Assembly: GCA_035654115.1 (NCBI GenBank)
Contig: DASRXQ010000029.1
Span: 29,187-93,186, forward strand
DNA from: Saprospiraceae bacterium
GTDB taxonomy: Bacteria; Bacteroidota; Bacteroidia; Chitinophagales; Saprospiraceae
Direction of reading: 5' to 3'
DNA: 64,000 bases
Shown here piece after piece: positions 17,115 through 25,101 of the stretch. Both the position numbers and the translations under genes were made by a program. The notes beneath the pieces were generated by a model. The model was not told the DNA's origin. It worked only from the letters and a program-made list of their open reading frames with translations, and made no database searches. Each line of letters begins with the position of its first letter. Within the stretch, counting starts at the first letter, position 1.

Positions 17115-19223
17115 CTAGTAAAAGGTATACCTGTTGTCTTTTATCTTGGCTTTGTCCTTTAAAACTTCCATCAAACGGCTATCTACGCTTCCACGTGCTA
17201 CCATCAGGGACTGGCTCTTAAACGAGCTCAGATCAGTCGGAACATCCGGTTGTCCTTCGTTTATTACTTCGACAACAAAGGTTCCTGAATTTCCTACTAT
17301 GGGTTTCGAAGTCTCTCCTACTTTCATGATAGAAACTCTACCGATCAATCCTGCTTCACCTCCGATCCCATCGAGATAGCTCATGTTGAAATTGACACTC
17401 TTAAAAGTATCGATCGGAACATGAAATTCATTTGAAATCGCCTGGAGATCTGAGCTTGTAATTTTCGCTGCGATCATTTCAGCCTGTTTCTTGTCCAATA
17501 CTTTTTGTTTGAATTTCTCCTTGACCTCAGCCAGGCTATATGTACCTGGTTTTAAAATTGTCTTTAAGCCAGGTATAACATAATGAGAGTTGTAGAACAA
17601 TGTAGGTTCATCATACACAAATACCTCAGCTGATACTGTTCCAGGTTTGGTGTCACTATTAAAAGCCCATTTTACAATATCCCTTGATGTGCCACCGCCA
17701 CCAAGATTTGCAAACTGAAATCCATTTGCTGTCAATCCTTCTGCAGTTTCAATGCTCAGTTCAGGTTTGCTTTCAACAGCTTTTTTCAATGCATCCAATG
17801 TCCTGTTTTGACCGCTGAATTCTATAGCATCATCATATATGGACGATTGTGTTGCTTCTGATGGGATAATGGGTTCTATGAGGTATGCCAGCTTAACACC
17901 TTCTTTATTCTTGATAAATTTCCGTCCTGTGATTTCTACCAGGTGAACTCCGAATTGAGAAACCACAACTTGCAGCTTTCCTTGTTCGCCAGAATAAAAC
18001 AATGCATCATTAAATGGCTTCACCATCCGGCCATTGGCTGAATAGCCCAGGTCACCACCTTTCGGTCCGCTTCCATCCTGACTGATCCTCATCGCCAGTG
18101 AATCAAATCTTTCTTTTCCTGACTCAATCAATGTCTTGAGGCTGTCTATCGTTTTGCGGGCTGTCACAACTGCACCGGGATTATCAGCCCTGATCAGGAT
18201 GTGACGAGATCCAACGGAATCGGGGAGCACTTTTTTGTCAAGGATCTTGACTGCCTTCATTTCCACACCGTCGATATAGGGTCCGTATACAGAGCCTACC
18301 GGAAGATCAAAAACAGTATCTGCTATGATTTCAGAGAGGTCATCTTTTTGGTAATAGATGACATCGATAGTGCCGTAATTATTCTCTACGAAAGCAGAAT
18401 CGTTAGTAGCGTCACGGAATAATGGAATCCGTTCTGCAATCGCATTGCGCACTGTAGCAGAATCTTCTGCTGTGGGAACGACATTGAAGACAACGAATTC
18501 AACTGTTCTGAATTCTTCTTTCTTTTTCATGAGGCCTTCATTGTCTTTCATGAAAGCTTTGTAGTCATCATCTGTGAGCTTGATATCGGCAGATGCCGTA
18601 CTATCCAGCGGGATTTTGACGTATTTAAAATCCAGTGATGTGCCTTGTTCGGCCTGTAATTGCTGAGCCAGCCAGGTAGGTGTATAAAGACCTTTCTTTA
18701 CGATATTAGCAAGCTTGCGCTGGATGCGTTCTTTTTTGATTTCACCGTTTTGGTATCCCCAGTATTCTTCAAGTTGAGGTTGAAGTTTTCCGGTGCCCAG
18801 GTTGGCTTTGATCTGATCAAGATTATTCTTGTCGACCTGGCCTGTATTAGGGTCACGGAAATTACGCTGGATGATCGGGCTGAGGCGTGTTCCATACTGG
18901 AGATCTTCAAGTTCTTCTTCTCCTACATTGAGGCCGAGGTCTTCGGCTTCATCTCTCAGGAGGCGTTCTTCTACCATGTAGTTCCAGAGATAGTTACGCT
19001 GGCCGTATACATCACCTGTGGAGTTGGGATATAATATCCGTTCAGCGTTTTGGAATTCAGGCCATTCTATTTTTTGCCCGTTTACAGAGCCTACGGTGTA
19101 GCTGCTGCCGCTGCCTTTGGAGGCCTTGGTGACCATGTCCATCATCACGAAACCACCCATACCCAGTGCGATGAGGATGATCAGCAACCAACTTTTCTTA
19201 CGAATCTCACTAATTAAAGCCAT
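17115..19223 (-). CDS. PpiD/SurA-like periplasmic peptidyl-prolyl isomerase chaperone
   Basis: 702 aa with an N-terminal TM anchor and a parvulin domain (RHILIR...GGDLGY...MVKPFNDALF...GVHLVEI). Confidence 0.8.
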   Translation of the reverse strand: MALISEIRKKSWLLIILIALGMGGFVMMDMVTKASKGSGSSYTVGSVNGQKIEWPEFQNAERILYPNSTGDVYGQRNYLWNYMVEERLLRDEAEDLGLNVGEEELEDLQYGTRLSPIIQRNFRDPNTGQVDKNNLDQIKANLGTGKLQPQLEEYWGYQNGEIKKERIQRKLANIVKKGLYTPTWLAQQLQAEQGTSLDFKYVKIPLDSTASADIKLTDDDYKAFMKDNEGLMKKKEEFRTVEFVVFNVVPTAEDSATVRNAIAERIPLFRDATNDSAFVENNYGTIDVIYYQKDDLSEIIADTVFDLPVGSVYGPYIDGVEMKAVKILDKKVLPDSVGSRHILIRADNPGAVVTARKTIDSLKTLIESGKERFDSLAMRISQDGSGPKGGDLGYSANGRMVKPFNDALFYSGEQGKLQVVVSQFGVHLVEITGRKFIKNKEGVKLAYLIEPIIPSEATQSSIYDDAIEFSGQNRTLDALKKAVESKPELSIETAEGLTANGFQFANLGGGGTSRDIVKWAFNSDTKPGTVSAEVFVYDEPTLFYNSHYVIPGLKTILKPGTYSLAEVKEKFKQKVLDKKQAEMIAAKITSSDLQAISNEFHVPIDTFKSVNFNMSYLDGIGGEAGLIGRVSIMKVGETSKPIVGNSGTFVVEVINEGQPDVPTDLSSFKSQSLMVARGSVDSRLMEVLKDKAKIKDNRYTFY

Positions 19224-19413
19224 AATTAATATATATATACCTCTTTGTTTATCAAAATACTATACCATTTTTTGGGAATCTTTTTCAGGCAAAAGCTCAG
19301 GACCCTTTCTGAAAAAGCCCTGCAAAAGTACTTTCTTTAAGATGGATTATCAAATGATCCGGCAATTAGGGGCATTTCAGGAGTATGAATCACCGGTTCC
19401 AGGTAGGATTTTT

Positions 19414-19543
19414 GGATGCTGGATAAAAGGATGCCGGATGCCGGACTCATGACGCAATAGGGTCGAACCTGTAGTTATGAAGCTCTTAAAGCGTCCCTTG
19501 TGATTCTAGAGTCCAGCATCCGGCATCCCTAAATCCGGCATCC
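19414..19543. repeat. MITE-like element: 35-nt imperfect inverted repeats built from GGATGCC heptamers, flanking 60 nt
   Basis: The left arm is ggatgctggataaaaggatgccggatgccggactc (19414-19448). The right arm is gagtccagcatccggcatccctaaatccggcatcc (19509-19543). Confidence 0.8.
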
Positions 19544-19591
19544 ATCTGTCATCGCCACGCTTACTGTTTCACTGATTATTACCTTCGCCTC

Positions 19592-20830
19592 ATGCAATCA
19601 AACCGTAAAGCAGCCATAAAATTCATATTCGTCACCCTGCTGATCGACGTCATCGGATGGGGTATCATCATCCCGGTGATGCCGAGCCTGCTCAAGCAAA
19701 TCGAGCATATCGACACGGGTCATGCCTCCAGTCTGAATGGATGGCTATTGTTTGCTTTTTCTGCTACACAATTTCTTTTTGCACCGATCATCGGGAATCT
19801 CAGTGACAAATTTGGACGCCGTCCGATCCTGTTGATGTCGTTGTTTGGTTTCGGTCTGGACTATATCCTGCTGAGCTGGGCACCGACTATAGAATGGATA
19901 TTCCTTGGAAGGGTCATTGCGGGGATCACCGGTGCGAGCTTTACAACGGCTGCTGCTTATATCGCGGATATCAGTGATGATAAAAACCGTGCACAAAATT
20001 TTGGCATGATCGGGGCTGCGTTTGGAATGGGTTTTATTATTGGTCCTGTGATCGGAGGATTGTTAGGTGGGTTTGGGCCGAGGGTTCCATTTATTGCTGC
20101 AGCGGCATTATGTTTCCTCAATTTCATGTGGGGATATTTCATCTTACCTGAATCGTTGAGTAAAGATCACCGTCGTGAGTTTGATTGGAGGAGGGCTAAT
20201 CCTGTAGGTGCATTGTTGCATTTGAAAAAATATCCTGACTTAGGGTATTTGTTAGTTGCAACTTTTCTGGTTTACCTGGCTGCGCATGCTATTCAGAGCA
20301 ACTGGTCATTTTATACTATTGAGAAATTTGGCTGGACACCTACGCAGATCGGTATATCGCTTGGTGTGGTGGGTGCGTTGGTGGGTGTGGTACAAGGTCT
20401 TCTTACAAGAGTAGTCAATCCGTGGCTTGGTAATCACAGAAGCATTTACATCGGCCTTATACTTTATACGATCGGCATGTTTTTATTTGGTATTGCGTCT
20501 GCAGGATGGATGATGCTTGTATTTCTTGTTCCGTATTGTCTTGGTGGAATTGCGGGTCCTGCATTGCAGGCTACGATTACAAGCCAGGTGAATGTGCGTG
20601 AGCAGGGTGAATTGCAGGGAGCGCTTACCAGTTTGATGAGTGCTACTTCAGTCATTGGTCCGCCGGTGATGACGAATTTATTTGCGTATTCGATCAGTCC
20701 GAATAGTCCGATCTATATGCCGGGTGCACCGTTTTTTCTTGGCGCCATTTTATTGCTGGGAAGTGCGGTGTTTGCGTTTATTGCGTTCAGGCATTCGGAG
20801 GAGAAGAAAAAATCACTTAAAGTAAATTAA
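19592..20830 (+). CDS. MFS transporter, TetA/TCR-like efflux family
   Basis: 412 aa, 12 TM helices, and MFS motif A GNLSDKFGRRPILL. Confidence 0.85.
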   Translation: MQSNRKAAIKFIFVTLLIDVIGWGIIIPVMPSLLKQIEHIDTGHASSLNGWLLFAFSATQFLFAPIIGNLSDKFGRRPILLMSLFGFGLDYILLSWAPTIEWIFLGRVIAGITGASFTTAAAYIADISDDKNRAQNFGMIGAAFGMGFIIGPVIGGLLGGFGPRVPFIAAAALCFLNFMWGYFILPESLSKDHRREFDWRRANPVGALLHLKKYPDLGYLLVATFLVYLAAHAIQSNWSFYTIEKFGWTPTQIGISLGVVGALVGVVQGLLTRVVNPWLGNHRSIYIGLILYTIGMFLFGIASAGWMMLVFLVPYCLGGIAGPALQATITSQVNVREQGELQGALTSLMSATSVIGPPVMTNLFAYSISPNSPIYMPGAPFFLGAILLLGSAVFAFIAFRHSEEKKKSLKVN

Positions 20831-21066
20831 TTGCAAGTTATTTATCATAATTATAAATGTGGAGTTCGACATCCGGGAAAGTATTGTACATTGGTTGCAA
20901 GAACTTTTTGAAAATAATGAATTATTAGTTGCAAAGCGTAGATTTTTGTTGCATCACCCAAGTGAATTTTTGTCTTCTAAGGTTTTATTTTTTCACTTAT
21001 AATTTTAGCTATTATGAATGTTTTATTTTTCAAAAAACCAGGCTACTCTAAATCTGGATTAGCTAT

Positions 21067-21076
21067 GGGGGGGGGG
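21067..21076 (+). repeat. Homopolymeric G10 tract at the 5' end of the lipoprotein gene
   Basis: Read directly: agctatGGGGGGGGGGtatt. Confidence 0.95.
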
Positions 21077-21188
21077 TATTTTACTACTTCTCTTAGGAAT
21101 TTTTTTCTACAGTTGCCAGAAATCATTTGACATTGGCACGCCAAAAGAAAGCCGCCTTAAATTCAGAGATGGGCTCCTACCTTGTACC

Positions 21189-22424
21189 TTGTCTAATGGG
21201 ATGTTGAAGTTTGATGACATGGATGCTGTTGATGAATATCTGGATCTTGTTCAGATTAACAGAGAAGCTCATGAAAGCGACGATGACAGTGATCAGCTAC
21301 TCAGCGATGTTGACCCTGGTGTTAACGAATTTGAAGATCAATTAGAGTTTTTGTGTATTTCATCCTTGTATGACAGCTTAGAATACCTTGATGATGAATT
21401 TAGAAGTTCTCCCAGAAGTACCGTTGACATTTATATTGGAGATCCGGAATTGCAGCTTCTATTAAACAGGGAACATGAAGTTTGGATTGAGGATACCATC
21501 TACAAAGTTGTGGCAGATTTTAAATACTATAAAATTGCAGATGCCGATTTAGATGTATTAAATTCACTTCGGTCTGATCCAGAAGAGCCTACAGTTAATG
21601 AAAATACAACATTGGTGTATTTTAGTGGTAATGTTCCACCGGTTGCTTTTCTTCCTGAGTGCCATGCTTTTTTACAATTTTTAGTTCCTCCATTAACATC
21701 AGGATTAGAAATTCCTGTCACAGTTCAGCTTTTCATAGTAAATTCTGTTGGGGTGGTAAGTCTATGTATCGGAGGGGGAACTGTAACTATAGATTGGGGG
21801 GATGGAAGTACTCCAGATGAAGTCCCTAATAATTTTTCAGGAACTCATACATACTTGAATTTAGAACCTGATGAAAAATATACATTTATTATCGAAGCAT
21901 CACTGGATGTAGAAAATTCACAAGCTTGTGGTGGATGCGATCAAGGGATATATACTGCTAGTACATCCATCACTATCACAAATACTTTCTGCAGAAATTC
22001 TGGAATCAATCATGAAATATTACATGATCAATTCTTTTCAGCGGGTGGACATGATTGGAAGGTTTCCGGGACTGCTGGCTATCAATCAATTGGTCATTTT
22101 TTGGATCGAGCCAAAGTTTTTGGAGAATTGTTTCTATATCGTAAAAACGGAAACGGTAACTACGTTAGAAAAAAACCTACTCTTAGAGCTTCAACAAGAA
22201 CTTATGGTAGCGTCTTTAATTACACTAATTGTACCGAAAATGAAGATGATTTTGATGAGACTAAATCAAAGCAGGATAATCGGGTTTATGTACATTATTC
22301 CAAGAATGGCAATCTTTCAGTACAGGATGAATTGACTGATGAACCCAGATTTGATTATAAAGTATATATTACTTCTTGGTCGATTCCAAATCAATCAAAT
22401 ACTGGACTTGAGTTATTTCCATAA
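21189..22424 (+). CDS. Hypothetical PKD-like-domain lipoprotein; the N-terminus is disrupted or phase-shifted at the G10 tract
   Basis: This frame is open back to 21063, where it encodes ILLLLLGIFFYSCQK, a signal-peptide h-region plus lipobox Cys. However, the only upstream ATGs (21014, 21065) are in a different frame. A PKD-like signature is present: VTIDWGDGSTPDEVPNNFSGTHTY. Confidence 0.6.
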   Translation: MSNGMLKFDDMDAVDEYLDLVQINREAHESDDDSDQLLSDVDPGVNEFEDQLEFLCISSLYDSLEYLDDEFRSSPRSTVDIYIGDPELQLLLNREHEVWIEDTIYKVVADFKYYKIADADLDVLNSLRSDPEEPTVNENTTLVYFSGNVPPVAFLPECHAFLQFLVPPLTSGLEIPVTVQLFIVNSVGVVSLCIGGGTVTIDWGDGSTPDEVPNNFSGTHTYLNLEPDEKYTFIIEASLDVENSQACGGCDQGIYTASTSITITNTFCRNSGINHEILHDQFFSAGGHDWKVSGTAGYQSIGHFLDRAKVFGELFLYRKNGNGNYVRKKPTLRASTRTYGSVFNYTNCTENEDDFDETKSKQDNRVYVHYSKNGNLSVQDELTDEPRFDYKVYITSWSIPNQSNTGLELFP

Positions 22425-22440
22425 TCCAACAAAACTAAAC

Positions 22441-22468
22441 AGGAGTAGTAGCAATTGTTACTACTCCT
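22441..22468 (+). other. Intercistronic hairpin (10-bp perfect stem)
   Basis: aggagtagta gcaattgt tactactcct with no T run. A diverged copy lies at 23434-23459. Confidence 0.6.
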
Positions 22469-22478
22469 TCCTTAATGT

Positions 22479-23276
22479 ATGAGAATTTCATTTATTCTAT
22501 TTTTACTATTTACCTGTCTTACATCTCACTCACAGTTAAATAAACTTGAGATTAGCGGAGGCTTCGGTTTTTCAGGGGCTGATAATCTGATTTATAATAA
22601 TGTGGAATTTGATAATATTATCCAGTATAATAAGAAAAAAAATGTGCTCGATAATAAAATAAAAAATGTGCTTTCGCATTCAGGTTCAATAAGGATTTCT
22701 ATTCCGATTCTTTCAAAAAAAATAAATGGACTTAAGGCTGGATTGACATTTAATGAATATCATTATAAAGATGTTTTTTACAAAGAAGATAAATTTGTTA
22801 TAGATGCAATTAATCCTCCTTATATAGAGGATACAATAAACACACCGAACTGGCTCGAAACCTCATATAAATTGCCTTATATAGAATTGGGAATTTCAAA
22901 AGAAATCTACGTTAATAAATTTTTGAGTGTCGAAATCACTGCATTTTATGGGATAGCACTTAATTTCCTTAATCATTATTCAACATCCTTTCGTCTGTGG
23001 AATAAATATTATGAAGGCTGGGAACGGAGCACGTTTGAATTTAACAATAGCATTAATAACGATCAATTTGACAAGTATAATTATGGCGTCCAAGGATCTT
23101 TATCACTTTTTAAAACACGATTTATTTTCCCAAAGATCATTTTTACACAAGGCTTAAATGATATAAGCAAAAGTAATTTTATCTTAAATAGACACGTCAA
23201 TTTATGGTCATTACAACTCGTACTGGCACACAATTTTGATAATAAATTGAATCAAAATAATCGAAAACGTAAATGA
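22479..23276 (+). CDS. Hypothetical secreted beta-rich protein (paralog 1)
   Basis: It has the signal peptide FILFLLFTCLTSHSQ and is about half identical by eye to 23465-24256. The gene is AT-rich. Confidence 0.55.
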   Translation: MRISFILFLLFTCLTSHSQLNKLEISGGFGFSGADNLIYNNVEFDNIIQYNKKKNVLDNKIKNVLSHSGSIRISIPILSKKINGLKAGLTFNEYHYKDVFYKEDKFVIDAINPPYIEDTINTPNWLETSYKLPYIELGISKEIYVNKFLSVEITAFYGIALNFLNHYSTSFRLWNKYYEGWERSTFEFNNSINNDQFDKYNYGVQGSLSLFKTRFIFPKIIFTQGLNDISKSNFILNRHVNLWSLQLVLAHNFDNKLNQNNRKRK

Positions 23277-23277
23277 G

Positions 23278-23418
23278 GTATATGTTCATTACTCCAAAAA
23301 TGGTGCTCTTTCAGTTCAGGATGAATTACCTGATGAACCAAAATTTGATTATAAGGTTTTTATCACTTCATGGACTGTACCCAATCAATCCAATACTGCT
23401 GTTGAGTTATTTCCATAA
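23278..23418 (+). pseudogene. 46-codon 3' remnant of the 21189-22424 lipoprotein gene
   Basis: It translates to VYVHYSKNGALSVQDELPDEPKFDYKVFITSWTVPNQSNTAVELFP*, compared with RVYVHYSKNGNLSVQDELTDEPRFDYKVYITSWSIPNQSNTGLELFP* at the end of the full gene. There is no start codon, and an in-frame stop lies at 23248-23250. Confidence 0.85.
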
Positions 23419-23464
23419 TCCATAAACCTAAATAGGAATAGCAGGTAGTTGCTACTCCTTCTTT

Positions 23465-24256
23465 TTGACTATGAAAATTAGACTATTAATCATAATCCTA
23501 TTTAATTCTACCTTATCATATTCGCAATTCAAAAATATTGAAATTAGCGCAGGACTCGGAATTTCCGGAGTTAATGCGCTTTTTAAGAATGATATAGAGC
23601 CGGGCAATAAAGTTCTAAATAATATTAAATATAATACGCTGGATAATAAATTTAAAAATGTACCGTCACATTGCGGATATATTGGTGTTGCGACTCCGAT
23701 TATACCTAATTTAATATCCGGAGTAAAGGCTAATTTAACGTTCATTGAATACAATTTTAAAGAAGTTTACTTTAAAGAAGAAGAATTTTTATTTGGTGAC
23801 GGTGGGGACACAATTAATACTCCAAATTGGTTGATACCCTCTAATTCCATTCCATATTTAGAATTTGGAATTTCAAAAGAAATTAATTTTAACCAAAATT
23901 TTATTATTGAAATTAGTGCGTATTATGGAATAGCCCTTAAGATTCCTTTTATTCATTATTCGAGTTCAATAAATTTATGGGATCAACAATATTCAAAATG
24001 GGGGATTTCAAAAAATAAATTTTACGGATCTACTACAAATGATGAATTTGATAAAATTAATTATGGGGTAAGGGCATCATTTTCATTTTTTACTACAAAA
24101 TTTATTTTCCCCAAGATTATTTTTTCTCAGGGATTGAATGATATAAGCAAACAAAATTTTAATCTCAATCAGCACGCTAATATTTGGTCACTGCAAATTG
24201 CATTGACACACAAATTTGTGAAAAAATCAAATGAGAAAAAAAGCAACCATAAATGA
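23465..24256 (+). CDS. Hypothetical secreted beta-rich protein (paralog 2)
   Basis: It has the signal LLIIILFNSTLSYSQ and shares motifs with paralog 1 (DTINTPNWL, FIFPKIIF.QGLNDISK.NF.LN.H.N.WSLQ). Confidence 0.55.
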   Translation: MTMKIRLLIIILFNSTLSYSQFKNIEISAGLGISGVNALFKNDIEPGNKVLNNIKYNTLDNKFKNVPSHCGYIGVATPIIPNLISGVKANLTFIEYNFKEVYFKEEEFLFGDGGDTINTPNWLIPSNSIPYLEFGISKEINFNQNFIIEISAYYGIALKIPFIHYSSSINLWDQQYSKWGISKNKFYGSTTNDEFDKINYGVRASFSFFTTKFIFPKIIFSQGLNDISKQNFNLNQHANIWSLQIALTHKFVKKSNEKKSNHK

Positions 24257-24990
24257 TACTGAAATTTATCAAGGCTCTCTTTTCAATAATTATTATTTGC
24301 CTGACAAACTCGGTTTGTTCACAAGCTAATTGGTCTTTTTCTCCCAATTATATATATAGTTTGAAATGGCACCGGGGATCATACTACAGCTACTATTTTG
24401 ATGTGCCTCGTAATCATACCGGATCTATCCAGGGAGATGTCCTATTCGACGTTTTAAATGCTTTTCTATCTAAATCCTCAATTAATGACAAACTCAGTCT
24501 TGGATTTTCTTCAGAAGTTATATACCTACCCTACTCAGGTCTCCATTATGTAGATTTTGAATATCTGGGAAATATCGATGGGCTTGATCAATGGCTCCAT
24601 CATTATGATCATGACCGGTATCGCCTTGTGTATTTGTTCGGGGGTATCAAAGCTAAATATGAAATAAAAAACCTGGGTTATGTGAGCTTTCAGAAAGCTT
24701 ACCCGATCACCTTATACAAATCAGGCCAGACACAGGACTTATATCTGAATAATAAAACGGGTGCCTACAGTTATGGCCCCTGGGAAGAAAGAGCAGTGGA
24801 TCGTGTGAGAAATCCCCATATTATCACAGAACTCTTGATCGGTCTTGAAATGACTAAAAACCAATACTTCACTTTAGGATTTCAATGGTTCAGCAGATCT
24901 TCGGTTGATCTCAATTTCACACAGTATGTAATCGATGCCCGAGAACAGGCTTTCCGAAATGTAAAAATCGGCTGGCAGATTTCTCTATAA
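24253..24990 (+). CDS. Hypothetical signal-peptide protein, beta-barrel-like
   Basis: It shares an ATGA overlap with the upstream gene, has the signal IIIICLTNSVCSQA, and ends in VKIGWQISL. Confidence 0.5.
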   Translation: MILKFIKALFSIIIICLTNSVCSQANWSFSPNYIYSLKWHRGSYYSYYFDVPRNHTGSIQGDVLFDVLNAFLSKSSINDKLSLGFSSEVIYLPYSGLHYVDFEYLGNIDGLDQWLHHYDHDRYRLVYLFGGIKAKYEIKNLGYVSFQKAYPITLYKSGQTQDLYLNNKTGAYSYGPWEERAVDRVRNPHIITELLIGLEMTKNQYFTLGFQWFSRSSVDLNFTQYVIDAREQAFRNVKIGWQISL

Positions 24991-25101
24991 TATTTTCTAT
25001 TTCCTCTTTCCCCATTCATCCAGCTTTAGCCTCTAAAAAAAATCTTCTTATCTTGAAGTAGTTCTTCATCTATTCTCCGGTTATAATCCATTATCCAGCT
25101 A

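Noticed and set aside
19449-19508. tRNA-like fragment (gggtcgaacctg) inside the MITE-like element
   Set aside because: It has no acceptor stem, anticodon arm or GTTCRANYC T-loop. It is just a short hairpin.
20831-21013. Sigma-54 promoter (TGGCAC-N5-TTGCW) near GTTGCAA words upstream of the lipoprotein gene, and elsewhere in the window
   Set aside because: GTTGCAA recurs at 20894, 20928 and 20948, but no GG-N10-GC spacing fits. I found no convincing -24/-12 element in any intergenic region that I checked by eye.
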